Assembly (NCBI RefSeq): GCF_006345805.1
Contig: NC_043004.1
Coordinates: 106,268,001 to 106,332,000, forward strand
Length of the DNA stretch: 64,000 nucleotides
Origin: Octopus sinensis
Lineage: Eukaryota
Reading direction: 5' to 3'
The notes beneath the pieces were generated by a model that was given only the letters and a program-made list of their open reading frames with translations, did not search any database and was not told where the DNA came from. Made by a program: the position numbers and the translations under genes. The number at the start of each line of letters is the position of its first letter. Within the stretch, counting starts at the first letter, position 1. This document shows positions 1-13,449 of the stretch, one piece after another.

Positions 1-340
1 ATGAATCAGACAGAATTTTGTTGAAGCAGATTTTCCTCTAGCCAGATGCCTTTCCTGTCATCAACCCTCACTCGTTTCCCATGTTTAGACATGATTTTCT
101 CTGACGACAGGCAATATGATGATGATACTTATTTATAACCATCATATGATGTGAAGACAAGAGAACACGCACACACAACAATCTTCTTCCAGTTCCCATC
201 TACCAAATCAACTCACAAAGCTTTGTACAGCTCAAGGCTACATTAGAAGACACTTGCCTGAAGTACTGTGCAGTGGGACTGAACCCAAGACCACATGGTT
301 AGAAGACAAGCTTCTTAACCACACAGCTGTACTTGCGCCT
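1..340 (-). mobile_element. Degenerate tRNA-derived SINE
   Basis: Shares CAGTGGGACTGAACCC...ACCACACAGC and GAAGACACTTGCC with the intact copies at 20145 and 58033. Confidence 0.75.
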
Positions 341-526
341 TACTGTATTAGGCCAAAATGAAAATCAGAGACTCATACAGTTAATGATGGGTAGAAACAG
401 GATGGGCAGAAACAGGATGGGCGAATAGAAACATGTTGTGTGATTTGTTCTGTCATTGCTAAATCTTCTCTCTCTCTTGTTGCTGTTAATATAAGTCACA
501 TCTTTCTCTTCTCTCCCTCATTCCAG

Positions 527-733
527 CTGATGTCAATGCTAATGGTCTAGATAGCACAGTGAACATCAATGAAAGTATCCAGCACTCTGAAGGTCCACTA
601 GATGGCAGTCTCTATGCTACAGTCAACAAGAGGCGAATGGAATCCACTACAACTACTAGTACTACATACGTCAATGGCATCAACGGATCTGTGCATGATT
701 CTAGTATGGATTCGGGTATATCCTCCTCTTACG
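527..733 (+). CDS. TNS: Tensin-like gene, internal coding exon A (phase 1/1)
   Basis: Polypyrimidine tract then TTCCAG|527. Encodes DVNANGLDSTVNINESIQHSEGPLDGSLYATVNKRR...DSGISSSY. GPLDGSLYA is the motif just after the C2 domain in tensins. The donor G|GTAGTG at 734 is weak but phase-compatible with the next exon. Confidence 0.85.
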
Positions 734-1489
734 GTAGTGCTGTGTCTTGTTTGCTTTTTTTCTCCTCCTGCTTTTCCCTCTCACCCTATTCACTCCCTCC
801 CCTTCAAACTCCACCTCTCTTTCTTTTCCTCCTCATTTTACCCACCCTTCTTCTCATTCTTTTGCTAACTCCCTCTCCTACTCTCTTGTTTTTCACTGTA
901 TGCCTTCCACACTGTTCTCTCTTTCTCTCTTCTTCTCACTAAACCTCCCATTGTCCTTGATTTCTTTCAATGGAAGTACCCCACCATTTAACAGTCAGAG
1001 GAAGAACTGGAGGAGAAATAGCTGTTTCTAAATGTAAAAATGTAAATTCTAAATTTTAAATTTAAGTAAAGAGGTACCAAGCATGGCTTCACTTTTCCTA
1101 ATTTCCCTTAGAAAGTGCATGAATATTCCACATTATTATTTTCACCTAATTCTAAAGCATGACCATTACCACATGAAAAGCACCCAGTACTCTCTGTAAA
1201 GTGGTTGACATTAAGAGGGACATCCAGCTGTAGTAATTATGCCAAAACAGACAATGGAGCTTAGTGTGGTATATACTGTGTAGAATATACTTCTTCCTTG
1301 ATGCAGTCACAAAAGACATGTCCATGGCTTCCACCACTTGGCTTTATAAACCTGATCAGCTCTAATCTGTATTATCTTGTTCAGAAATTATGGTTCAAAA
1401 ATTTCTGTCAACTGAAATTTTTGCTTGTTGTTTTTAGATTTTTAAACATTCTTTGAGGGAGTTTCTGCCTACTAATTGCATGGATTGAT

Positions 1490-1750
1490 GTGGAGGCACA
1501 TGACTTAGTAGTTAGGGTGTTGGACTTATGATTGTAAGGTTGTGGTTTTGCTTCCTGGACCAGGTGATGCATTGTGTTCTTGAACAAAAAAACCCTTTTT
1601 TTTTTTTTTAATGTTACTCCAGACCACTCAGCTGATAAGAATGAATCGTCGTGCAATGGACCGTGTCCCACCCAGAGAGGAATACATAAGCCAAAGAAAC
1701 CAGGAAACCAACCCTATGCTCCTCACAGACTAATGTGGACTAACAGTCGC
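1490..1750 (+). mobile_element. Degenerate tRNA-headed SINE related to the 28325-28630 family
   Basis: GTGGAGGCACATGACTTAGTAGTTAGG head and AAGAAACCAGGAAACC segment shared with the 28.3 kb copy. Confidence 0.6.
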
Positions 1751-2018
1751 ACATGGACAGTCTCAGTTGACTGGAGTCTCTCAACTTTCTATAGTCACAT
1801 ATATGAAACTGTTTGGTGTGTGCAGACCCCACCACCACCACCTCCCACTCAGATTTTTCTCACTGTTACATTGTTGGTATCTTACGGTGAACTGTGATAG
1901 CAAATATAAGTGAAATAAAATGATACCTATTGGTATCATTTTATTTCACTTCTGTTGCTTATAATAATTATATACCCATGTCGCCACGTGATTGTTACCT
2001 GTGTCGCCTTACCCGTGT

Positions 2019-2172
2019 CACTCTTGGAGTGGTTGGCGTTAGGAAGGGCATCCAGCTGTAGAAACTCTGCCAGATCAGACTGGAGCCTGGTGCAGCCTTC
2101 TTGTTTGCTAGACCTCAGTCAAATCGTCCAACCCATGCTAGCATGGAAAGCAGACGTTAAACGATGATGATG
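2019..2172 (+). mobile_element. 3' part of the (GAT)n-tailed SINE-like repeat
   Basis: GGAGTGGTTGGCGTTAGGAAGGGCATCCAGCTGTAGAAA...GTTAAACGATGATGATG, nearly identical to the copies at 47.7 kb and 52.4 kb. Confidence 0.85.
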
Positions 2173-3959
2173 ATATATATATATATAAATAGTACAACTC
2201 TCGGTTTCTTTTAGTATTAAAAGCCAGAGAGCTTCATGCTTGTGTTACTCTACCAATTCAGATTGACTTAATTCTTTTGATACTAACTTGCTCTAGGCTA
2301 CCACTGGCTGAAATTTCCTGTTTAGTGATCTGAATTAATTACCACTTTCAAAATTACATTTTTGTTTCAAACACCAGCTTAATACTGACAAAATTCTTTG
2401 ACCAAATTCTTCATTATTTTCCAAATTAATTGAAATAAAAGCAGCATTATTTCAAGAGAAACATGGTAACAAAAGGGTTAAGAGTTGACAAGGGACGCTC
2501 TCTATAGGCACTTAACTTGCTAGAAATAGCAGATATTTGACTACTATCAAATTTCACTTGACTCAAGGCTTTTGCTGTCTTAAAATCAGAAAGATCCATT
2601 GGATAATGTCGTCCTAAATTCCACTCAAAAGATGGAATGGTTTTAACTGAAAGTCTTTTGATCATGAATGTGTTTGATCTGGACCGACATGTAGCGAAAC
2701 AACTGTAGCAATTTTGAGGATTGGAATAGATCAGCTATTATTTGGTGCAGGACATTAAAAGCGAATAACAAAGTTCCAGTACTTGATCCAAGATAAAGAA
2801 TTCTACATGGAGAATGTCATCTGTTTTCAAAGAATGTTTAAAGTTTCATGTGGTATTTTGCATGTTCTTATCAGTAGTTTTTTTTTATAATGTTTATGAT
2901 ACCTTGCATGTTCAAAGAATGACTACAAGCATATTATGCTTATTTGTAATTCATTGTGCGTTTGTGTGTGTGCACGTGTGTGTGCACTTGCAGCTCTCAA
3001 GCTAAGACTTCTTTGAAATTATAATTGATAATAAATATACTTTCTATTTTGCTTATTTCTTCCCTTTTCCAATTTATTTACTGTTGTTTCTATTCTTGCC
3101 ATTATTTTCTCCTCTCTTCTTTATATTCCCACTACTCATATGCTGCTATGAGATCTGCCTTCAACACAATAATTAAGGTGTCCAAAGTAGCAAGCCTGTC
3201 CAACTACTTCTAGCACAATTGGCCATTCTTAGTCGCTACATCATCATTGCTCAGGATGTTAGCTACTCCAGCACATCTGTGACTGCTTAGTTAGTTAACT
3301 AAGTTTATTAATTATTTATCTAGATAACAAATTGTCTATGAGACTGACTGTTGGTTTATGAAGTTAATTAATGTCTATCAAGTGAAAACTAAGCTGGTGA
3401 TCCAGTGCAAAAGTAAAGAAGCTCTTTCAGCATTTTATTGGAAATGTGATCTTCCACTTCAATGTCTCAGATTGCAGCTGGTATATCTGATAAAACTGGA
3501 ATTACTTTTTGTAATCTTTTACCGATCTCCTCTTTCTCTCTCTTCTTTCTCACTTTTGTTCCTTATTCTCTCTCATCCTTCTTTTCCCTTTGCATACTCT
3601 CTATCTCTCATCTTTCTAGTTGATATATATGTGTGTGTGTGCTAATAACAGTTTGACTCAGTTCCATTTGACTGAAAGTGGGTGCATAGGACAAACCCAT
3701 CTCATCAGGTATCGGAAGGTATCTCTTCTAATACCCGATGAAATGGGTTCATCTTATGTGCCCACAAAATTTTAAGTTATATAAAGTTTTATCAAGCTGT
3801 TGTTAAAAAATCCATGTAATCCCACCAGATGTTTTGGGTCTTGCTTTCTTTTTTGTTTTCCTCTCACTCGTGTGAATGTGTGTTTGTAATCTCTTTCACT
3901 TTCTTAAGCAGTTTTTACTCGTTACTTTAATATTGTATTTTTTTTTTCTTCTGTTTCAG

Positions 3960-5666
3960 GTTACACAGTAAATGAGACTGTTCTTCCAAAGACAAGCACT
4001 GAAGTGCACACCAGTAGTTCTACAATAAAGTCAGAACCCACGAAAGCCCTTGACGAGCACAGAGAATTGGATGCCATATTGGAAGGTTTGCTGAAGGATC
4101 AGGCATTTGAATCTGTTACACCAGCACCTGCATCAGTCAGTGAAACTTCCACTGTGACATCATCCTACACAGAGACCCACAAACCAATGTCAATTGTTAC
4201 CCAAAAAACTGAGATAATCAAGGAGTCACCAGTTTATATAGAAGAGAGCCACTACACCATCACCAAATCAAGTGAAGAGAAGATGAAGCATGTCCCTAAG
4301 AATGCTTTCTCTTACACTGCACCACCCATTGTTGAAACAAAGATAATCAGGGAGACAGAGTCTCGCAAGAGCCCTGACAAAGAGCCATCTACTGGCCCAG
4401 CTCCATCTCCTAAAAGCTACACCTTGCCTTATCGTGCAGATTATGAAAATACTTATTCTACAACTTACACAACTGAAAACACATCTCATATGGATTCTGA
4501 AGCACTGTCATGGTTGGAGCAGCAGCAACAAAAGTTAAAGCAGAGGAAAGAAGACGATGATGGGAAACGGAGCCATCAGGAAAAGGCCCTCGTTGAGGAA
4601 CTGAAACATGCTCAGACCCGGTACGCTACAAAAAGGGCCAAAAGCGATCAAGAGGAACACGAAGTGATGCAGTCATATATTAATGGCCCATCTTCTCCCA
4701 TCACTTTTGACGGTTACACTGTATACCAGATGTCTATCAGCCCACAGACAACCACTCGTAAGCATCACAGCGTTAATGATGAGGTATTTGATGTAAGTGC
4801 TTCCGAGACCCACAGTCGCACCGTGAGCAAGCCTCCTCCATCTCCTGGACCTACTGTCCGGACACCAACCACCACCACACCTCCTGCACCTGTTCGCTCA
4901 AGCAGCAAGGACTACATGCAACGGCAACGCTCAAACAGTCGGGATTGGCCTCCGCAGCAGAGGCCTCAGCGCGTCAGTACAACAACCAGCGTAGTTACAA
5001 CCTCAGAAGGTACAGTGGTCAATGAAACTCCAGTCACGGCATGCACAAGTCGTAGTAACAGCCGTACTCCCCCTCCATCTCCGCCACTTGCACAGTTTTC
5101 GCCTCCGCCTGCATCAGCAACGCCTCCTCCGCCTGCATCAGCAACGCCTCCTCCGCAATTACCAGAAGCTTCTACTTGCAGTACCTATCAAGCACCACCT
5201 GTGGTAGAGGAACCCATAGTCCCTCCACCATCTGTGGTGGAGGAACCCATAGTCCCTCCACCATCTGTGGTGGAGGAACCCATAGTCCCTCCATCATCTG
5301 TGGTGGAGGAACCCATAGTCCCTCCATCATCTGTGGTGGAGGAACCCATAGTCCCTCCACCATCTGTGGTGGAGGAACCTATAGTCCCTCCACAAGAGCA
5401 ACAGTACCAATACACTCCTGTTGATGAGCCCATAGTTACAGTCTCCGACCCCCCTCCATATTACAACCAGCCATATAATGTAATTGAATCGAAGGATATC
5501 ATAGATGATAGCTACCCCAGTCCACCTAGCCCTTACCAAACAACACCCACAGAAACCGAGCAGCCCAAAGTTAGTCCTCCCCAATCAGAATCCTCTCCAT
5601 CCCCTCAAATCCAAATCCACGAACTGGGCCCTGTAACAGAAGTGTTTGTACACAGATCTTCAAGTG
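3960..5666 (+). CDS. TNS: Tensin-like gene, large Pro/Ser/Thr-rich exon B (phase 1/1)
   Basis: T-rich tract then TTTCAG|3960; 1707-nt open frame (ORF 4004-5812); donor G|GTGAGT at 5667. Contains ELDAILEGLL (like the vertebrate tensin ELDRLL segment) and SWLEQQQQKL. Confidence 0.9.
5201..5392 (+). repeat. Coding minisatellite, 33-bp unit x ~6 (VVEEPIVPPPS)
   Basis: Near-identical units GTGGTGGAGGAACCCATAGTCCCTCCACCATCT seen directly. Confidence 0.95.
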
Positions 5667-6960
5667 GTGAGTATTCTCTAATGACTCATCATAATAAGCT
5701 TGAAATTATTATATCTGAAATTAGTTTGTTGTTTTCTGTATCACTGTTATATATCATCAACAGCAACTTAAAAAATGTTAATTATTCTAGGTTAATTGCA
5801 ATGACGTCTTGATATTAATTGTAATGGCAACTGTCTGCTATAGCTTCATAGGCAGCACAATTTGGCCTGCCATTTATTTGGTGTCATAATGGATGATACA
5901 GAAAAGGAACAAAAGAATTTATGCTAGGTTAAGTGAATAAATATTCCACTGCTTATTCTGAATAATGTAAATTTGCAAGATTTCTTGTAAGCTTTAACTT
6001 ACTGTTGAGGTTAATGTCTGCCTGAAAGAACTTTCTTTTTCATTGAGGAAAGATCGGGATAAGAATAAATCCATTGTAAAAATAGGAAACGAAGTGTGTG
6101 TGTGTGTGGTTTATATGGAGAGTGGGAGAGAGAGAAATTAGAGTGGTAGTTATAAGAGGGGAATTTGAAAAGAAATCCAAATATTTATGGAAGTGCTATA
6201 TCACGTAACTACGTTATTGAGTTAACAGTAAAATTAAAAAGTGGGACGTGGATGCAGTATGGCTGAATGGTTAAGAAGTTTGCTTAGCAATCACAAGGTT
6301 CCAGTTTCAATCCCACCACTGTGTGGCATAGCATCTTGTGAGTAATATTGGGTAGATGGAAACTGTGTGGAAGCCTGGCAGCTGGATTGTGCCTGTAATT
6401 TTTAAAGTCTCCAACCTTGTAACATTGGTGTCATGCTGATTCCACCTGAGAATTGCTTTAATGGCACACATGTCTATGGAGTATTTGACCACTTACGCAT
6501 TGGATCAATAAGCAGGTAGTTCTGTGGCTTGAACAACTGACTATTCGTTGTTGAAACCATTGTGATCCATTTTAAAGTATTATTAATTAATGGTAATCTC
6601 TTGAGATCAGGGAAGACCATTCTGCAAACTCTTGCCTTCACAAATGATTTGCTTCTAGTGATTCAGTGTTTGTGCTGTACTGTGCATCACAAATGAGGTA
6701 TCACAGTGATCGCAGAGCAACATGAGATGAAGTGTTTTGCCTAAGAACACATCACGTGCCCATTCTGGGTACAGAACCCTCAGTCTCACAATCATGAGTG
6801 CAATACCCTAACAACTAAGCCACGTGCCCTCATTCAGTAAATATATGAATATAGATAAAAGTTGTTTGAATAAGTCTCCAGCTTTATTGTAAAGGTAGAG
6901 AGATTGTAACATGTTGGATAAGTCTCTAGTTTTACAGCCACATGTGCTATATACATTCAA

Positions 6961-7172
6961 CCCTTTAGCATTCAGATTACTCTGTCAAATGTGAATGCTT
7001 ATCTATTCGCATTGCTTTGAATTAAATCATGCATCATCTTGTAGCTTTGAGATTTCAATGGTGTGATTGTTTATTTTTAGAATGAAACTGCAAGGAATGT
7101 ATGAAGGGCCAGATTGATCATAATATGGGTAGAATATTTGGTCTAGAAACGGCTGGTTTAATTGCTAAAGGG
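6961..7172. mobile_element. piggyBac-like MITE
   Basis: Terminal inverted repeats CCCTTTAGCA / TGCTAAAGGG flanked by TCAA and TTAA. Confidence 0.7.
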
Positions 7173-9710
7173 TTAAATATCTAGTAGATAATACCTTAAG
7201 GTTTGTAGTATCTAAGAGGGGATTGCAGTGGTTGATTCATTTCTATTCCAATCTTTCAGCAATGTTTAAAAAATGTCTTTCACTTTTTTCATTGTTTTCA
7301 TTCTATGTCTTCATAAAATTAACGTCTCTGAATTGTGTTACTTTTAGATTCATATTGTGGTAAAAAAAAAAAAACTATTTGAAGGCAGCTGACATTTCTA
7401 AGTCTTTAACTGATACCCGATTCATTTTGACTTCATAAATCTTCTACAAAATATGTAATGTCACTTCTTGTAACTTTGGTACTCTCTTAGTTGAAATCTT
7501 CATTTCTCGATGCACTATTCAAATGAAATGATTACCTGGCTTCTTTCAAGTTACCTCTCACCTTAAATATAGTTTCCTATTTTCAGAAGTTAGATAAAAC
7601 CAACTTCCTAAATAGCTGACTGATCTTCGACAGCTGCAGTTACACAGCAGTCTGCTATTCTGTGACTTTTTGGAACTTTCTTTTTTTTTTTTTTCTTCTC
7701 TTTACTTCTTAGTCTGCTACACAAACTAAATTCTCTACTTATTTAAAACCTCACTTTCTTCTAGCAGGAGATATTTTTCATTACTGGCTGCCAACAATTT
7801 ATGTAAACCACTTCTTCATCTGTTAATAATTGTAAGGTTTCTCACTATGATATTTCAATCTCTATCTCTCACTTGGAAAAAATATTTAAAAAAAAAGCAA
7901 AAATTGGTAAATACCTTGAAGAATTGGCATTATGGTATTGCTTCTTTGGTATCTTAACAATGAAAACCTGAAGAGGTTGTTCAGGTTCCCACTTCAGGAA
8001 ATCATTATTGCTGAAGTTTTGAAAGTCAAGGAAAAGTAGTCCTTTGAATCTTGTATTTAATAAACAAACATTATGTAATTGTGTGTATGTATGTATATAT
8101 CTCTCTACTTATGTATGTGTGTGTGTTTGTGTATAGACACATCTATAGATATATACATGTACTTGTACATCTATTACACATGATGCGGTTTACAGTTTGG
8201 TTCTCTTGAATTTGTAACACTCGTCACTAAGTCTTTCCTTTAGTTCCTTATTTCTTATGGTGTTTTCATTAGTTTAGATCTATGAATAATCTTATTAAAG
8301 AAGATTATCATAAATAATAAAGCTCTTAAGGATTTTATACTGTATATAGTTTTTTTTTCCCCCCAATTGACCCCACTCCATAAATCCCTGATCTTCCATA
8401 TCTAATTATATTTAGTTAGCAAAATATACCCCAGCTGGTTAGTTTGCTACTCTCCTTCCCACTTTCACGTACATACAACCACGGATCATGCCCACTTGGA
8501 ATAGGTATTGGTAAAGTCTGCTACACAGGTGTTTGGTAAGTAAGGCACAGTTTTCACCTTCATAGAGGCAATTTAACCTGAGAACCTTCTTTTAGTAGTA
8601 ACATATTTATCTTAATACTTTTTAACCTTCCTGATAAGTGTCTTGGAGAAACATGTGCAATCGTTGAAAGTAAATTTTCAACTGTAATCGGTTCTCTGGT
8701 ACAAAGATTCCTCAATGTAAGTGGAATTTTATGTTGCCTTAAGTGAAGCTCTTCTGTTTAAAATCTCCTTTTTTTTTTTTTTATTTCGCTATTACCTTTT
8801 AGCATTTTTATGCCATGCTACTTCTTTATTCTTGGCATGTCTTATCTCTTAATTGTATATAATTTCCTTCTTAGTTAATTTCTGCTCTTCTATGTTCTTC
8901 AACGTCTATTGTTGTTGTCATCGTCAAGTTCTATAGTAAATCGTTCGTGCGTCTTTGTTGCTATTCCTTTTTATGTGTATGTTCTTGCTATTCCTTTAAA
9001 TACCCCATCTTTAGCCCTTCTCGCTAATTGATATGGACCTTTCTGATATGTATCCATGATATGTATCCAGACATGATTCCCAAACTATCTCCCGCTTAAC
9101 CTTAGCTTCATAAACTTCTTATATCCTTCTGTAATCCTAACTGTTATGTAAAATACCCAACAAAATATTGTCCATCACACAAAAAAAAAAAAAAAAAAAA
9201 ACCCCCACAATGAAGAAGGTAACTGTATACTTAAATCTACCGTTCGCTTTTAGATATAGACGATTTGGTGTGCGGTTCACTGCTTTCTGCTTTGGCCATA
9301 TATTTTGGTCATGCACTGAAGCCCTTGCTAAAGTTTAAATGTTAATCATTATGTAAACACTTGATTTTTTTTAGAATTCGTTCTTTTTCAGTTACAAAGT
9401 ATTTTTTTTTATCTAGTCATGTCTACATAAATAAATAAATAAATAGAATGATTAATGGGGGGGGGCACAACAAAAAAGCCAAATTAATTCTACTTTCAAA
9501 TTTTTAAGCTTTGAAATACATTTTTTATTTTTTTCAATCGCTTTTAGATATTAGGCTTTAGCAATTATCTATAAATTTTCTACATTTTTATTTAAGGACA
9601 ATTTCCAAAATTTTATTGTAAAACAAAACCAAAAGATACTTATTGATGTTTCCGAAATATTTAAAAAAATGTTTAGTTTTGCAATTTGATTTTAAGGAAA
9701 TATCTATATA

Positions 9711-10122
9711 GGCACAGACATGGTTGTATGGTGAGAAGTTAACTTCCCAACCTCATGGTCTCAGGTTCAATCCCACTGTATGGTATCTTGAGCAAGTGCC
9801 TTCCTGCTATAGCCCTGAGCCAACCAAAGCCTTGGGAATGGATTTGATACATAGAAACTGAAAGAAGCCCATCATACATGTGAGTGTGTGTGTGTGTGTT
9901 GATGTCTCCTTATCTTGACATCACATGATAGTTATAAATGGGTGTCACTGCCAGTTTCCAATCTTCCATGAAATTGTGTCTGGATACAGGGAATATTAGT
10001 TTGCATGGAAACTGGTGTAGGTTGGTGATTGGAAGGGCATCTGGCCATAAAAAATCCACCTCAACAAATTCCCTCCAACCCATGTTAGCATGGAAAAGTG
10101 GACATTAAATGATGGTGGTGGT
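9711..10122 (+). mobile_element. tRNA-derived SINE with (GAT/GGT)n-type tail
   Basis: A-box/B-box head (GGTTCAATCCC), GAAACTGAAAGAAGCCC, GGAAGGGCATC and GCATGGAAAAGTGGACATTAAATGATGG tail; similar copy at about 55840-56247. Confidence 0.7.
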
Positions 10123-10179
10123 TTCCCTAAAGATCTAAAATATCTGAGAATAGTCTCCAGGAAATTTTATATATATATA

Positions 10180-10460
10180 ATGAACCTGTTGTATACAGTG
10201 CTCAGGTGCACTACAACTCATCAGAAAAAGTAACCAAAAGTGCATGAACAGTACATAGAATAATGCACAGGAAGTGGACAGTGGATGAGTTGTTTAAAAA
10301 AAAAAGAATGTGGGACATCAGGTGTGCTATTGGCGAATTTCAGGGAGCATGGGAGTTTTAAAGGATGTAGTGTCCCGACAATTAGCAACTGATGTGGATG
10401 GTTTATTCCATGCTTCAGCAATTCAGAGCATGAAAAAATGTTTTCAAAATCATGGGTACT
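10180..10460 (-). mobile_element. CR1/L2-type LINE 3' fragment
   Basis: Shares CAGTGCTCAGGTGCACTACAACTCATCA and CCATGCTTCAGCAATTC with the 32.8-33.2 kb fragment; other copies near 13.1, 14.8 and 24.4 kb. Confidence 0.65.
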
Positions 10461-10842
10461 TTTTTTTTTTTTTGATTTTGTAGTGGAATTAAATTATATT
10501 TTTACAATGAACATATATCACGGAAGCTGTATTAGCTATAAAACTGTGGTCATAATTATTAAAAGCACAATAACTGCAATAGATTATTGATTCCCAATTG
10601 TGCAATATTCTCAGTTCATACATTGATATTTCTATTATGCTTGTGACTTCAACCATGGTACATTACTGAAAATATTTCAGTTTACATGAAGGGTGTTAAT
10701 CACAGGAAGGGTGTTAAGCTGGGAAAATGCACGATCCAGTCATTTATGTCCAAGCATCTTTATTTACGTATCCCTACCACTCATTGTAGTATGAGATAAT
10801 GGTAGAAATATAATGAACCAAAATAATTTGATGGTTTTTATA

Positions 10843-11198
10843 GGCACAGGCGTGAATGTGTGGTAAGAAGGTTGCTTCTCAACCACATGGTTCTGGGTTC
10901 AGTCCCATTGTGTGGCAACTTTGGCATGTGTTATCACTATAGCCTTGGGCCAACCAAAGCCTTGTGAATGGATTTGGTAGATTGAAACTGAAAGAAGCCC
11001 CATTGTGTGTTTGTGACCCTGTTTGCATTCTCTACCACTTGACAACCGGTGTTTGTGCGTTTACATCAGTTCAGCAAAAGGGACCAATACCAGGCTTCAA
11101 AAAATAGCAGGGGGGGGGGCGATTCATTCGATTAAAATTCTTTAAGGCGATGACTCAGCATGGCCACAGTCTAATGACTGAAACAAGTAAAAGATAAA
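10843..11198 (+). mobile_element. tRNA-derived SINE (main family), diverged
   Basis: GGGTTCAGTCCC B-box head and ATGACTGAAACAAGTAAAAGA tail. Confidence 0.8.
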
Positions 11199-12632
11199 AA
11201 ATGAATTAGATTTATTTTATCTTTGAGATAGATTTCTCGTTTAGCGACTGATTACCCAGTATTGCTTTATTGAATCAATTTGATTGAAATTGAAGATATC
11301 AGATCAGATCAGATCTAAAATCTATCATTGAGTATTATTATCAGATTAATAAACTGTGTAGACATGACAGATACACGTATTAATTGGGGAAACAGTTGTG
11401 TAGTCATAACATAGAATGGGTAGAACATTATATAAGCTACAACTGGCATGTAGATCATAACATCTCACAAAGGCATATGATATAGATGACATGCAACAAG
11501 TATGAAACGATATTGTAGGGAGCAGAAGACACATGCAAATACACTATATCAAGGGTAGGGTTTTGTGATATTTTTTATAGATTTTATCACACAAATGAAT
11601 ATGGATCTTAGCATGGTACAAATAAGTACAATAGAAGTAGCAGAGATACATCTGGGAAAACTTTCAGAATGAAAGACATAGCTGTCTGGTTTAAGAAGCT
11701 CTCTTTGGAACCATGTGGACTTGGATTCCACTGTGTAACACTTTGGACCACTGTCTTCTATTATAGCCCTGGATTGACCAATGGCTTGTTGGGGAATTTG
11801 GTGGATGAAAATTGAAAATTTGTCATATATATATATGTTGGCAGAAGAGTCTGAGAGAATAAGTACCAGACTTTAATAAGTTCTGCAATAAAGTTGTTTA
11901 ACTAAAAACCATTCAAAGCAGTGTCCCATAGTCCAATGACTGAAACAAATAAGTAAAAAAAAATTAAAAAAATAAAGTCTTAACATATCAGAGAGAGAGA
12001 GAGAGAGAGAGACAGGCATTAGATATGTGAGGTTACATGAAAGAGTAGCATTTCATCTGTATGTGTGTCAATATGTTATAAACAGGACACACACCTGTGA
12101 TGCTGCATCCTAGAAATAAGGAACACAATGGCGATTTGTAAACATGAAAGCAAAAATACAACTTAAATAGATTTTTAGACATCATTAGAAAAGAAGTGTT
12201 CCGACATGGACACAGTCAAATGACTGAAACAAGTAAAAGAATAAACCAGTGAGGGAGTGTTCTAGTATAGGCGCAGCCTGCTAGAAATGGCAGCCAATCC
12301 TTAAAGCACACCTGTCTTAAAAATGGAAGGACTCATTAGAGAATGTAGTCCTAGGTACACTGTGTATTGAAATAGAAATGCAGGTAGGAACATCTTTGAT
12401 CATAGGTCCGTTCAATCAAGACTGACCTGGGGTTAAACAGCAATAACCATTACCATATAAAAAAAAAAACACATTACATATGATACCTGCCATCAAACGG
12501 ACTCCAACAAAACTGGTCTCTGTCAGTAAGACTTGCATCATTTAATTAAATCCGAGTTGAAGCCAGTCTCCCATTAATATCTCTCCTGTTCACTTTTCCC
12601 TGAAGCAGGGCTCCATCCAAAATGATGGGGTT

Positions 12633-12669
<37 letters not shown>

Positions 12670-13449
12670 CCCACTGCAAGTCTTCTCTGCTCTTTCTAAT
12701 CAATTCCAATAAGTATCACATTCAACACAACAGTTCAATCTTTATAGGCTGACAAACTTATTATAATTGCTTCAATCACTGTTTTGCTTTGATTTTTTTT
12801 TTTTTTCATTATTTACCTTATATTTTATTTTATATTTTTTTTTTGTATATATTCAGCCTCTTTGTTTGTTATTGTTGTTGTTGTTGTAAATGAATACCCA
12901 AAGCTTAAATTTTTCTTCAGATTCCTGCTTAACTTAAATATTTGTCTACCATGAAATGTACTTTCTTTTAATTTCTTTTTTTTTTCTTTATTTCTGTACT
13001 TTAATGATGCTGATTGTTCACTAAAAGACTGAAAACAAAAAACACTTACATAAACAAAACAAAAAAGTCTATTTTGGAATCTTTAAATTGGAATAATAAT
13101 ATAATAATAATGAAATCATTGTGTATAGTGCTCAGGTGCGCTACAACTCATCAAAGGTACATGTACACAGTACATAGAATTATGTAGAAAAGTCAGGAAA
13201 GTGAACCTAGCAGTTTCACCTTTTGTCTTTGGTTATAGATACTTTTTTAGGTACCCAGGAATTTCTAGAATAATACTTTCATCATACTCTCACTACCTCA
13301 GTTCTTTCTGATACTCTTTTACATTCTCACACACCACTGTGTATCGAGTCTAGTTTAGTTTACTCGAAAATACCCCTTCCTACAGGATTCTCGAATCCAA
13401 AATACCTGAAAATGGAATCAAAGATTCTCATTCTACAAAAGCCATTATA

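Noticed and set aside
734-942. Hydrophobic C-terminal part of ORF 559-942, resembling a transmembrane segment
   Set aside because: It is read-through into a CT-rich intron after the donor at 734.
5172-5584. Antisense and alternative-frame ORFs over the 33-bp repeat (also 53772-54173)
   Set aside because: Shadow ORFs of repetitive coding sequence on the + strand.
8440-8541. Strong donor G|GTAAGT at 8536
   Set aside because: I could not find an acceptor or ATG giving a stop-free phase-1 exon; a non-coding exon cannot be excluded.
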